NCBI GenBank assembly: GCA_037305845.1
Contig: CP147778.1
Coordinates: forward strand, 1,312,001 to 1,376,000
DNA from: Candidatus Freyarchaeum deiterrae
Lineage (GTDB): Archaea > Asgardarchaeota > Jordiarchaeia > Jordiarchaeales > Jordiarchaeaceae
DNA: 64,000 nucleotides
Reading direction: 5' to 3'
The notes beneath the pieces are model-generated. The model ran no database searches, was not told the origin of the DNA, and saw only the letters and a list, made by a program, of their open reading frames with translations. Position numbers and translations under genes: made by a program. Numbering within the stretch: position 1 is the first letter of the stretch; each line of letters begins with the position of its first letter. Positions 1 to 10,206 of this stretch are shown here, in pieces.

Positions 1-1280
1 TCCCAGCTACTTCCCTGTAGAATGTCGAATATTCTGTAGCCTTCGTTCGGTATTACTACAAGGTCTGGTGCTAGCTCCAGATGTTCACCCTGATATATAT
101 CCTCCTTCCTCTTGACGTCGATTACCAGATTTTCCCCAGTTTTCGGATTTTTTATCCCGTTTATTTCTTTTATTAGTTTGGTCCTTAGCGTTTCGTAACC
201 GTTTCGGTCATGATTCAGATTTAAGAATATACCGCATTCTCCTACATTTATGGCCTTTGTTGTATTCCAGTCTGTTTGAGCTATCAAATCAGAAGCTTCT
301 GCTAAATTAATCTTCAATTGCAGTCTGATGAGGTTTTTTCGGGGTATTAGTCGAACGATTTTATCTAAACCTAGTTTACGGATTACTTGTGATGTTTTCT
401 TGTTGTATAACCGGAGGCTGGTTAATAGAATGTTTAAAGTGGATAGGTTTAGGTATCCTTTCTCCAGGAGCCACCGGTTCAGGTAGAATGTCGCTTTTAC
501 ACTAGTAAAACCATGGTCGGACATGATTAAAATGTTAGTATCCTTTCCAAGCTGGTTGAGTAGCTTTCCGATTTCTGCGTCGATTACTTTCCAAATTTTT
601 TCAATGACTCCACCGAATCTTTCATCTCGGTCCTCCATTTCTTTCCAGAAAAAGTGTTGTATGGCATCCGTGTAAAAGAGTGTTATGTGAGTAAAATCAG
701 GCGAGTAACTCTGAATTAGATATTTTGTAGCCGCAAACCTTTTTTTAATAAGGTCTTCTACCTCTGAAACGAGTTTATTTTTTCTAGGTAATTGGCGCCT
801 GGGATCAAGGGTGTATTCGCTAGGGTTTATCTTGTAGTCATACTTTTCGACCAGAGTCTTTTTCAAATCCTTTGGAAAGGTGTAATCCGCGGAATCAGAC
901 ATGGGAAATCCGGAAACTATAAAGCCTTTAATTCTTCTTGGGGGGCATGAAAGGGGAAGGTTTATGACCCCAGAAGTTAAATCCTGCTCCCCTAAGTAGT
1001 CCCAAATTTCCTTACTTTGAAAAGGATCAGAATACATTACCTTTAATTCGGGATTTTTGACATCGAATCCGCACCAACTGTACAGGCCCAACTTCCCGGG
1101 ATTCTTACCAGTAGAATAAGATTTCCAAGCTGGCGCAGTTGAAAAGGGATAGGTACTCTGCAAATTCCCCCAAACCCCTTTTTCCATTAGCCTTCTAAAA
1201 GTTGGTAACTTTCCTTGCTCAACCAAGGGTAAAAGTATGTTCCAAGTCGCACCATCCAAACCTATTACTAAGACTTTCAA
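1..1280 (-). CDS. Alkaline phosphatase / nucleotide pyrophosphatase superfamily protein, copy 2 (3' end runs off the window)
   Basis: Not in the ORF track. Manual translation from TTG at 1280 gives MKVLVIGLDGATWNILLPLVEQGKLPTF...STYPFSTAPAWKSYSTGKNPGK...MSDHGF...LAPDL, a close paralog of 1693..3279. Confidence 0.9.
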   Translation of the reverse strand, partial: MKVLVIGLDGATWNILLPLVEQGKLPTFRRLMEKGVWGNLQSTYPFSTAPAWKSYSTGKNPGKLGLYSWCGFDVKNPELKVMYSDPFQSKEIWDYLGEQDLTSGVINLPLSCPPRRIKGFIVSGFPMSDSADYTFPKDLKKTLVEKYDYKINPSEYTLDPRRQLPRKNKLVSEVEDLIKKRFAATKYLIQSYSPDFTHITLFYTDAIQHFFWKEMEDRDERFGGVIEKIWKVIDAEIGKLLNQLGKDTNILIMSDHGFTSVKATFYLNRWLLEKGYLNLSTLNILLTSLRLYNKKTSQVIRKLGLDKIVRLIPRKNLIRLQLKINLAEASDLIAQTDWNTTKAINVGECGIFLNLNHDRNGYETLRTKLIKEINGIKNPKTGENLVIDVKRKEDIYQGEHLELAPDLVVIPNEGYRIFDILQGSSW

Positions 1281-1692
1281 GTTTAGGCCTCTGTTAGTTT
1301 AAGGGCAACTATGTAATGTAGTTAACCCTATTAAAATGTTTTCTCATCGGTCTATAACAGTCAAAATTCCTTTAAAATTAAACTATATGTGCAAATGAAA
1401 ACAACATCGCATATACGATAAACTACCTAAGTATAATTAATATCTTTTACTACCTAATTTCTTTTAGAAAATTTCTAGTATTGACAACAATTTAGGAATC
1501 AGTGTACCTTTCCATGTTTGGCATCAATAAAAAAAGTTTATGATTAATCTGTCAGTAATGCTCAATGCTGCTCGCTTCAAAAATGAATGAGTATTGAAAA
1601 TTTTGAAGCGTATAATCACAAATAAAAAAAATAAATTTGGAAAAATTTTGAAACAATTCATTTATGGAGTTTGAAAGGAGAATTGTCTATCT

Positions 1693-3279
1693 TTATATCT
1701 TTTTTGTTTCCTTTAATTTTTCTATTTTTTTCTTTATAAGAACTTTTTCTGTATCCACATCTCTGTACACAGTCTCTTTTTTAGCCAACTCGGAGTTTTC
1801 CCGGAATATTTCGGCCAAGACTCTGCCATCCATATCTCTTGGAATCGGTACTTGGAACATATGAAGTACTGTGGGAGCGAGGTCGTAGATTTTCGCGTTT
1901 TCTATCTTGTTCCCCTTTCTAATATCTGGACCGTATGCTATGAATACGCCTTGAAGTTTATGAAATGCTGACCAAACTTCATTTTCATAATCCCAGTTAT
2001 TTCTGAGTATACTGTCGTATATTCTGTAGCCTTCGTTCGGTATTACTACAAGGTCTGGTGCTAGCTCCAGATACTCTCCGTGATATATTTCCTCCTTCCT
2101 TTTGACATCGGTTAATAGATTTTCCCCTGTTTGTGGGTTCTTTATCCTTTTCATTTCTGTTATTAATTGTGTCCTTAGCGTTTCGTAATCATTTCGGTCA
2201 TGATTCGGATTTAGGAAAACGCCACAATCGCCCACATTGATGGCCTTAGTTGTACTCCAGTCTGCTTGAATTATCAACCTAGGACTTGGGATTTCTGATG
2301 GGTTTAGTCTCTGTTGAAGTTCAATTAATGTTGACTTGGGTATAAGCCGCTCAACAATTTTATCAAAACCTAGTTTACGGATTACTTGTGATGTTTTCTT
2401 GTTGTATAACCGGAGGCTGGTTAATAGGATGTTTAAAGTGGATAGGTTTAGGTATCCTTTCTCCAGGAGCCACCGGTTCAGGGAGAATGTTGCTTTTAAG
2501 CCAGTGAAACCATGGTCGGACATGACTAAAATGTTAGTATCCTTTCCAAGCTGGTTGAGTAGCTTTCCGATTTCTGCGTCGATTATTTTCCATATTTTTT
2601 CAATGACTCCACCGAATCTTTCATCTCTGTCCTCCATTTCTTTCCAGAAAAAGTGTTGTATGGCATCAGTGTAAAAGAGTGTTGTGTGAGTAAAATCAGG
2701 CGAGTAATTCTGAATTAGATATTTTGTCGCTTCAAATTCATTTTTAATAAGTTCTTCTATCTCTGAAATGAGTTTATTTTTTCTGGGTAATTGGCGCTTT
2801 GGATCAAGGGTGTATTCGCTAGGGTTTATCTTGTAGTCATACTTTTCGACTAAGGTTTTTTTCAAATCCTTTGGAAAGGTGTAATCTGCGGAATCAGACA
2901 TGGGGAACCCGGAAACTATAAAGCCTTTAATTCTTCTTGGGGGGCATGATAGGGGAAGGTTTATGACCCCGGAAGTTAGACCTTGTTCCCCTAAGTAATC
3001 CCAAATTTCCTTACTTTGAAAAGGATCAGAATACATTACTCTTAATTCAAGATTTTTGGCGTTGAATTCGCACCAACTGTACAGGCCCAACTTCCCGGGA
3101 TTCTTACCCGTAGAATAAGATTTCCAAGCTGGCGCAGTTGAAGAGGGATAGGTACTCTGCAAATTCCCCCAAACACCTTTTTCCATAAGCTTTCCAAGAG
3201 TTGGTAACTTTCCTTGCTCAACCAAGGGTAAAAGTATATTCCATGTTGCGCCGTCTAAACCAATTACCAAGACCTTCAA
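1693..3279 (-). CDS. Alkaline phosphatase / nucleotide pyrophosphatase (type I phosphodiesterase) family protein
   Basis: IGLDGA metal motif, STxPxST nucleophile region, TGKNPGK, SDHGF, and C-terminal H...G.FIAYGP...DLAPT...MDGR. Confidence 0.85.
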   Translation of the reverse strand: MKVLVIGLDGATWNILLPLVEQGKLPTLGKLMEKGVWGNLQSTYPSSTAPAWKSYSTGKNPGKLGLYSWCEFNAKNLELRVMYSDPFQSKEIWDYLGEQGLTSGVINLPLSCPPRRIKGFIVSGFPMSDSADYTFPKDLKKTLVEKYDYKINPSEYTLDPKRQLPRKNKLISEIEELIKNEFEATKYLIQNYSPDFTHTTLFYTDAIQHFFWKEMEDRDERFGGVIEKIWKIIDAEIGKLLNQLGKDTNILVMSDHGFTGLKATFSLNRWLLEKGYLNLSTLNILLTSLRLYNKKTSQVIRKLGFDKIVERLIPKSTLIELQQRLNPSEIPSPRLIIQADWSTTKAINVGDCGVFLNPNHDRNDYETLRTQLITEMKRIKNPQTGENLLTDVKRKEEIYHGEYLELAPDLVVIPNEGYRIYDSILRNNWDYENEVWSAFHKLQGVFIAYGPDIRKGNKIENAKIYDLAPTVLHMFQVPIPRDMDGRVLAEIFRENSELAKKETVYRDVDTEKVLIKKKIEKLKETKKI

Positions 3280-3629
3280 GTTCTTACACCACCGTTACAA
3301 GTTACACCTTACATGGCGATTAAACCTTTTTTTGTCTTCTTTCCGGTAACCAACATAAAAGAATTGAATAAAACACATTTTGGAGCCAAATCATATTATC
3401 ATATTAGTTGATATTTTTGAAGAGATAAACGGGTAATATCTTAAAATAAATATCATAGTTGTTTTGTTCTATTTTCAAACTAAGAAATCGTTAACGAAGA
3501 GGCTTAAAAAGAATCCGAATAGAGCATATTACTTTCCCAACTAATGTAATGCAAAGACTTTTACTAGTACAATTCGATTAATATTATTAAGGAAGGTAGG
3601 ATACTAAGTAGTTTTGAGGAGATAAAGAA

Positions 3630-4433
3630 GTGGATATCTCAGTGATAATTCCTGCAAAAAATTCTGAAAGAACTATGGGCAAATGTTTACGTTCGGTGTT
3701 TACTCAAACATTCAAACCCTTCGATGTGATCGTGGTAGATGGAGGTTCAACAGATAGAACTCAAAACATAGCTAAAGAGTTGGGAGCTAAAGTTTTTCTA
3801 GAACCTGAACATATTGGTTCTGTGCCGGGTATTGGTCGAAATTATGGGGCAAAGCACACTAAGGGGGATGTACTTGCCTTTTTAGATTCGGACTGTTATC
3901 CAGAAAAAACATGGTTAAGTAAAGTCTCAAAAATTTTAAGCAATCCAAAGGTTGGCATCTATGGAATAATTGTGGATGTTACAAGAGAGGAACCTATTGC
4001 AAGCCAAGCATTCCATTATCTTCATAAGCAAATAAACTATGACTTCGTTCCCTCTCGTTGTATGGCAATTCGAAAAGAGTTATTCTGGAAAGTCGGAGGA
4101 TTTGATGAGAAATTACCCACGGGAGAGGACAACGATTTATCATATAGAATAAAAGAACAAGGATATGAACTTGTTATCGATAAGAAATCTGAAGTTTATC
4201 ACGATGACGAGCATATGAAAACATTATTAGGAATATGGCATTTACAGAAATGGTATGCTTCAACAGAAAGAGAGATGAGGGATAAATATCCTGAAAGGTT
4301 CAGAAGGTTAAAAACGACAAGACCTCTAAATGAACACCTACTACCAGTCATCAAATCTATAAAATACGGGTTAAAGTTTAGTGTGACCTGCATTATAATT
4401 AAAGGTTTATCCGCGTGGAGGCATCTCATTTAA
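3630..4433 (+). CDS. Glycosyltransferase family 2
   Basis: SVIIPAKN, VVDGGSTD, FLDSD (DxD), GGFDE...GED motifs. Confidence 0.9.
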   Translation: MDISVIIPAKNSERTMGKCLRSVFTQTFKPFDVIVVDGGSTDRTQNIAKELGAKVFLEPEHIGSVPGIGRNYGAKHTKGDVLAFLDSDCYPEKTWLSKVSKILSNPKVGIYGIIVDVTREEPIASQAFHYLHKQINYDFVPSRCMAIRKELFWKVGGFDEKLPTGEDNDLSYRIKEQGYELVIDKKSEVYHDDEHMKTLLGIWHLQKWYASTEREMRDKYPERFRRLKTTRPLNEHLLPVIKSIKYGLKFSVTCIIIKGLSAWRHLI

Positions 4434-4592
4434 TAAGAATAATAGGGACTTGAGAAAAGAACCCAGATTCTATGCGTTTCAGTTGTTCTAGATTTCTAAA
4501 GTATATTTTTAGAGTTTCCAATAAAAGAAATTTGAATGCTACAAGAATGAGTAAAGATAGTACGCTTGAAAGAATTAAAAATGCTTACCCCT

Positions 4593-5642
4593 CTACAATT
4601 TATATTTTTGAAAAGGGTATAATGGTCTTGTTTTTATGATTACTTTAAATATATTTTTGTCCGGAACTCTTCGGAAATTATGTTGTACTTCTCTTCTTTT
4701 AAAAAGTGTACTTTTGAGATTTAACAAATTCCAAATCATGGCTTTAAAAATGGCTTTAGCCAGTTTGAGTCTTTCGGAATGTTCAAGTTTTTTTATAAAG
4801 ATGTAATAAAACATATGTAAAAACTCTAGAAAAATGAGGAAGCCCAGGTATTTTATTAGATTGTAGCAGTTATAATTTTTAATTAGCGTACAAATTCTGT
4901 TTTTATCATGGTGGAATTTTGAAAGACTAGGAACCTTCTTAGCTGAAGCCCCTCCCATATGATATATCACCGAGTTTGGCACAAAGACAACCCTGTAACC
5001 CACCAGCATTATTTTCCATGAAAAGTCAACTTCCTCGTAGTAAAAGAAGTAGTTCGGGTCTAAGCCCCCAAGATAATGGAATAAGTCTTTCCTAAAAACA
5101 GCCGCAGCTCCCTTGGCATAAAATATGTCCTCAATTTTATTATACTGCCCCCTATCTTCATCCATAAAACCCCTCTCGATAGCAAAACCGTAAGGATTTA
5201 TGAATCCCCCCGCACAGTCTATTTGTGTGCTAAGGTGGTTGCTATTCTGCATTGAAAGTATCTTGCTCTGTGCAGCCCCTACCTCGGTGTCGTTATCCAA
5301 AATTTTTACCAATTCGTTTAACCAGTGCTTATCCACTAGCGTATCATTGTTCAGAAGGTAAATATAATCTCCCTTTGCAAACCTCGCTCCCACATTGTTG
5401 CCTTCTGCGAATCCTAAATTCTTAGAATTCTTGACAATTACAAAGGGAATATTCTTCGCTTCAAAAAAAGGTTTAACCCCATTTATAATTTCGATGCTTC
5501 GATCTTTCGAATTGTTATCGACCACAATAACCTCAAAATTGGGATAATCGGTATCCAGAACAGATTTTAAGCAGTTTTCCAAAAACTTCTCACCATTATA
5601 ATTCAAAATAATTACTGAGATGGAAGAATATTTCTTTTTCAT
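4593..5642 (-). CDS. Glycosyltransferase family 2 (rhamnosyltransferase-like)
   Basis: VIILNYNG, VVDNNSKD, NLGFAEGNN, LLNND, YYEEVD, H.GGAS motifs. Confidence 0.9.
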   Translation of the reverse strand: MKKKYSSISVIILNYNGEKFLENCLKSVLDTDYPNFEVIVVDNNSKDRSIEIINGVKPFFEAKNIPFVIVKNSKNLGFAEGNNVGARFAKGDYIYLLNNDTLVDKHWLNELVKILDNDTEVGAAQSKILSMQNSNHLSTQIDCAGGFINPYGFAIERGFMDEDRGQYNKIEDIFYAKGAAAVFRKDLFHYLGGLDPNYFFYYEEVDFSWKIMLVGYRVVFVPNSVIYHMGGASAKKVPSLSKFHHDKNRICTLIKNYNCYNLIKYLGFLIFLEFLHMFYYIFIKKLEHSERLKLAKAIFKAMIWNLLNLKSTLFKRREVQHNFRRVPDKNIFKVIIKTRPLYPFQKYKL

Positions 5643-6148
5643 GTGCTCTTTGTCCTCCCATACTTCTAAAATTTCGGAGTAAGAGTAAAAATACGAATAC
5701 CGTTTGTCTTTTGCATTTATCTGAAGCTGCTATATATGTTAGAAGTTATGTATTTATTCATTCTATTTTTTAACATTATTTAACATTAAAAACTCTTAAC
5801 ATTAACCGATATAAATAGTTTAATTAGATTTGCTTTTTCGAAGCCCCGTTGCTCTCAAATATAGAAATGATTCTATGCGTTCATAAATTAACAAGTCTAT
5901 CAAAGATGAGTATTCTAACCTTTCTTGTTACTGGACTCAATCGTTTAATTCTTTTTCTCTTCATCATATATCGCTACAAATATATTTGGAAATTGTTGGT
6001 TAATGCCGATTTTTCAATTTCTAGATTAGAGGATTTATATCGAAGTGTTATATATTAACAAAAGTATACACCTTTGAATAAGCTAGCTTAGTGGAATGCT
6101 AGAGTAGGTTAAATTCGAAAAAGGTAAATGATAAAATGATGGCAAAAT

Positions 6149-7165
6149 TTATAGTATAGCTCCGTCGATTTCAATGTTTTTGATAAGGGTTTGCATTTCT
6201 AGGAGATGTTTGTACCATTGGACTGTTATGGTTCTTGGGTCATCGCCGTTTACTTTTCCATTTTTGAGGTTTTCATATATTTCTTTTGCTCCTTCTTTAG
6301 GTGTTTGAGATGGTTTAAAGTTTAGCGTTTCATTGATTTTGTTGAAGTCTACTTTATAGCTTCTCTTATCAGGTGAACCGTACCATTCATAGGTAAATGG
6401 CAGATCAATGGATTCTGCTATGAGTTCTGCTAGGTTATAAATCTGAAAGTTTTGCTCGTTGCTGCCTGCGTTAAATATTTGTCCTTTGACAAGTTCGGAA
6501 TCAGCTTCTAATACTTTAATGAAGGCGTTTGATGTATCTTTCACGTGTATAAAGGGGCGCCATTGTTTTCCATCCCTCATAATAGATATCTTGCCTTTTT
6601 TGAAGAAATCTAAAACCATTCCGTTAATTGCTAGGTCAAATCTCATCCTTTGAGATAAGCCGTAGACAGTGGCTTGTCTAAGCACAGTTACAGAGAATGA
6701 ATCATCGTTTAGTGGTAGGATTTCTTCTTCAGCTAATGCATTTGCCTTAGCATAGGTTGTTAATGGCTCAAGATTGGACTCCTCTGTTATGTTACCCTCT
6801 TGGAATCCATATACACTACAACTACTGGCTAAAACATATTTAGGGATTCTGTATTTTTTAGAGAGTTTGGCTACTCTTACTCTTCCTCTATAATTTATGT
6901 CTAGCGTTTTTTGAGGGTCTAGCTCGCCGCTAGGGTCGTTTGATAGAGAGGCTAAGTCGAGGACGGCGTCCAAGCCTCTCAGAATATTTGGTTTGAACCA
7001 TCTGATGTCATCTTTGACTAAGCGTATTCTGTCAGCGATATTCTTTATAGGATCGATTCCGAAGAATAATCTATCTAGACACGTTACCTCGTAGCCATTT
7101 TCTGAAAGTATTCTGGATAGGACGGATCCTATGTAGCCTGCGCCTCCTGTTACTAATACTTTCAT
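6149..7165 (-). CDS. NAD-dependent nucleotide-sugar epimerase/dehydratase (extended SDR)
   Basis: TGGAGYIG, SSCSVYG, YAKAN at the YxxxK position, RMRFDL, GKQWRPFIHVKD. Confidence 0.85.
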   Translation of the reverse strand: MKVLVTGGAGYIGSVLSRILSENGYEVTCLDRLFFGIDPIKNIADRIRLVKDDIRWFKPNILRGLDAVLDLASLSNDPSGELDPQKTLDINYRGRVRVAKLSKKYRIPKYVLASSCSVYGFQEGNITEESNLEPLTTYAKANALAEEEILPLNDDSFSVTVLRQATVYGLSQRMRFDLAINGMVLDFFKKGKISIMRDGKQWRPFIHVKDTSNAFIKVLEADSELVKGQIFNAGSNEQNFQIYNLAELIAESIDLPFTYEWYGSPDKRSYKVDFNKINETLNFKPSQTPKEGAKEIYENLKNGKVNGDDPRTITVQWYKHLLEMQTLIKNIEIDGAIL

Positions 7166-7276
7166 TTATTGTCACTTCTTATTTTTGTAGGTAGCTGAAT
7201 TAGTTCCATGTTTTTGAGTGGCATTTTACTAAGGGCACAATCTTTATCTCCATTATTTTTTATTTTAATTTTTGCT

Positions 7277-8248
7277 CTAATTCTCGGTTGTATTGCTAGA
7301 TGTTTTTAATTTGCTTTCCATTTCTTGATAGTATTCTAATGTTTTTTTAAGTCCTTCTTTAACTGATACTTTCCAGTTCCACCCCAGTTGTTTGATTTTG
7401 CCGTTATCAATTACGATGTTTCCAACATCTACACGTTTGTGATAGTCTGGAGATTTAACATAAACCAATTTTCCCGATGTTAATTCTTCAATCCACTTTC
7501 CAATTTCATAAAACCATGTTGCCTTGTTTGTTCCGACGAAGTAAAGCTCCCCACTTTTGCCTCTTTCCATGATGACCTCTGCCGCGGATACAATATCAGA
7601 GACGTAGATGTAATCTCTGAAGAATTTCCCCTCATCGTATATGGTTACGTCTTCACCTTTGAAGCCTTTATAGAGTAAGTAGTTCAAGCCGGCTTTCCTT
7701 GGATTATCGTGTTGCTCCCTAGGGCCGAAAGTATTAGTAAGCCGCATCACAATCGCGTCTAAATCATAGACTTTGTTGTAAATCTTGCAATAATGTTCGC
7801 TTGCCAGGCGGTTGGCTGCATAAATATTTAACGGGTTGCATGGTGTTTCCTCGTTTATCGGTAAGGACTCCGGTCTTCCAACAACCCAAAATGTGCTGCC
7901 TAAAATAAAGCGGCAGGGTCTTCTCAGCTTCCTAATGGTTTCCAATGCAACTATTGTGGTCTTCACATTTACGTCGACATCATATAGTGGATTTTCAAAT
8001 GATTCATAGTGAGTTAACTGCCCCGCGAGATGAAAGATTACATCTGGTTGATACCTTAAGATGGTTGATTCTAGCCACTCAAAATTGGTAATGTCTCCAC
8101 ATTCAATCTTCACTTTATCTAAAATGTTGGTGATGTTTTGTAACTTTTGCTTACTTCTGGATATAATGACGACTTCATGGTCAGAGTTGACTAATTTCTC
8201 GGAAAGATGGCTACCGACGAACCCCATTCCACCTAAAATTAATATTAT
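7277..8248 (-). CDS. NAD-dependent nucleotide-sugar epimerase/dehydratase/reductase (extended SDR), probable non-canonical ATA start
   Basis: The track start (8227) falls inside the GGMGFVG dinucleotide-binding motif. In-frame upstream codons give IILILGG, and GGAGG lies 7 nt before ATA at 8248. Confidence 0.8.
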   Translation of the reverse strand: MILILGGMGFVGSHLSEKLVNSDHEVVIISRSKQKLQNITNILDKVKIECGDITNFEWLESTILRYQPDVIFHLAGQLTHYESFENPLYDVDVNVKTTIVALETIRKLRRPCRFILGSTFWVVGRPESLPINEETPCNPLNIYAANRLASEHYCKIYNKVYDLDAIVMRLTNTFGPREQHDNPRKAGLNYLLYKGFKGEDVTIYDEGKFFRDYIYVSDIVSAAEVIMERGKSGELYFVGTNKATWFYEIGKWIEELTSGKLVYVKSPDYHKRVDVGNIVIDNGKIKQLGWNWKVSVKEGLKKTLEYYQEMESKLKTSSNTTEN

Positions 8249-8269
8249 AAAAAACCCTCCTATTAGGAA

Positions 8270-9568
8270 TTATTTCCCCACTTTCCTTAAGAACTCTTCA
8301 AAGGTGTTGACCATATAATTTAGCATATCTTCGGTAAGACCTGGATGCACCCCGACAAAAAAGGATGAAGTCATTACACGGTCTGCATTCTTCAATTCTC
8401 CCACTACTCTGCAATCAATGCCTTGGTAAGCAGGTTGTTTTAAAATATTACCTGAAAAGATTGGTCTTGTGTCGATGTGGTATTTCTCGAGAAAGTTAAC
8501 TATATCTTTCCTCACAAAGGGTGCGTCATCCTTAACCGTAATAGGGAATGTAAACCAACATGGATCTGACTTTGGTAGGGCTTCTGGAAGAATCAGGTAA
8601 TCTTCAAATTCCAATAGCTCATTGTATAATTTGTGAAAATTTTCTTTTCTTTTCTGAATAAAGCTGGGAAGTCTCTGTAGCTGTTGTAGCCCTATAGCTG
8701 CTTGAAGATCTAACGGTTTTAGATTATAGCCTATGTTAATGTAGGTAAATCGTTTGTCATAATCCGGAAGCGGAGATTTAGAAAATCTTAGGGGGCAGTT
8801 AGCGTTTGGGTCTAAAGAAATTTTGCAGACGGGACAAACGCAAGCTCTACCCCAGTCTCTAAGTGATCTAACGGTTAGGGAGATTTCTTCATTATTTGTC
8901 ACTATGGCTCCGCCTTCTCCCATGGTTATATGGTGAGCTGGATAAAAACTAAAAGTGCCTACATCTCCAAAAGTTGAGACGTATTTTCCGTTGTACCTTG
9001 AACCTAAAGCGTCACAAGCATCTTCAATGACATATAAGTCGTGTTCCTCTGCAAAGTCCATTATATAGTCCATTTCATTTGGATTGCCTAGGGTATGAGG
9101 AAGCATGATAAGTTTAACCTCTTTCGAAAAGGCATTTTTCAATTCTGAAGCATTAATATTGTACGTTGTAGGATTTATATCCATTAAAACAGGCCTGATA
9201 CCTTTTTGAATTAATGGATTTAGTGTTGTCGGAAAGGTTGTAGCTGGCGTGATTGCTTCTGCTCCTTTGGGAATATCAAGAGATTCAACAGCCAATAAGT
9301 TAGCTGAGGAACCGCTGTTTACTAGCACGCAGTATTTTGTTCCTAGAAATTTTAAAAACTGTTTTTCAAATTCAGCCGCGTATTTTCCGATTCCAAACCA
9401 TCCTGAAAGCAGTGATTTTAATGCTGCAAAAATTTCATGATGGTCATAAACAGCCCAAGCGTAATGAATAGTGGTTTCACCTGGAACAAACTCTTCTTTC
9501 CTCTCTTCAAATATTAGCTCTAAAAGTTTGAAAAGTTCTTTATCGTAAGCTTCTGATATTACTTTCAA
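8270..9568 (-). CDS. rfbH: RfbH/DdhC-type NDP-4-keto-6-deoxyglucose 3-dehydratase (DegT/DnrJ family, E1-like)
   Basis: NSGSSANL, FPTTLNP, EDACDALGS, SFYPAHHITMGEGG (His at the usual Schiff-base Lys), RDWGRAC.C Cys-rich Fe-S segment. Confidence 0.85.
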   Translation of the reverse strand: MKVISEAYDKELFKLLELIFEERKEEFVPGETTIHYAWAVYDHHEIFAALKSLLSGWFGIGKYAAEFEKQFLKFLGTKYCVLVNSGSSANLLAVESLDIPKGAEAITPATTFPTTLNPLIQKGIRPVLMDINPTTYNINASELKNAFSKEVKLIMLPHTLGNPNEMDYIMDFAEEHDLYVIEDACDALGSRYNGKYVSTFGDVGTFSFYPAHHITMGEGGAIVTNNEEISLTVRSLRDWGRACVCPVCKISLDPNANCPLRFSKSPLPDYDKRFTYINIGYNLKPLDLQAAIGLQQLQRLPSFIQKRKENFHKLYNELLEFEDYLILPEALPKSDPCWFTFPITVKDDAPFVRKDIVNFLEKYHIDTRPIFSGNILKQPAYQGIDCRVVGELKNADRVMTSSFFVGVHPGLTEDMLNYMVNTFEEFLRKVGK

Positions 9569-10206
9569 CTCTCCTATTTTTTATTGGAATCCATCCAAAA
9601 TATTGTAGATTTAAGACAATAAACTCCCTTAATAATTTTATTTTTGGAATTTTTAGATTTTTTGTCCTATATGCTTGCTTTTTTAAGTTATTGCAAGCCT
9701 TCTACAAAAATGAAATCTTGCAAATATTAGGACAGTAAAAGATGTTGAATAGTGGATTGGCTTTGGACAACGTAGTGTTTGACTTTTCAGCATATCAGAA
9801 AGGAAAGGTAAAATTTGCAACTTATTTCCAAGAATCTAACATATTTCGGGATTTGCTAAAGAAGAAGAACAGGCTAACAAAATTTGAAAGTATGAAACCG
9901 ATACTATATTACCCGTTAGTGGAGTCATTTAATTGTAAACGAAAGTGCTTTTAGAGTGTAAAAAATGATGAATCCGAAAACTAAATATAAATTAGAATCC
10001 TTGGAAGTATTATACAGGTAATAATAAAACCATTTGGGGAGTAAACCAATTAAATTTTAGTAATATAACTTTCTTTATAACTCATGTAAAGATTCTTTAT
10101 CTGTTTTGTATCAAATTTTAAAACGGCTATAAAGCCGATAAGGTAAAATAGATATTTAATAAGGAGTTTGCTAAGGGGTTATAACAGATAGCAAAAATGC
10201 CAGGTA

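Noticed and set aside
5770-5806. Three TTAACATT direct repeats upstream of the GT2 gene
   Set aside because: Could be a regulator site but is plausible by chance in this very AT-rich spacer.
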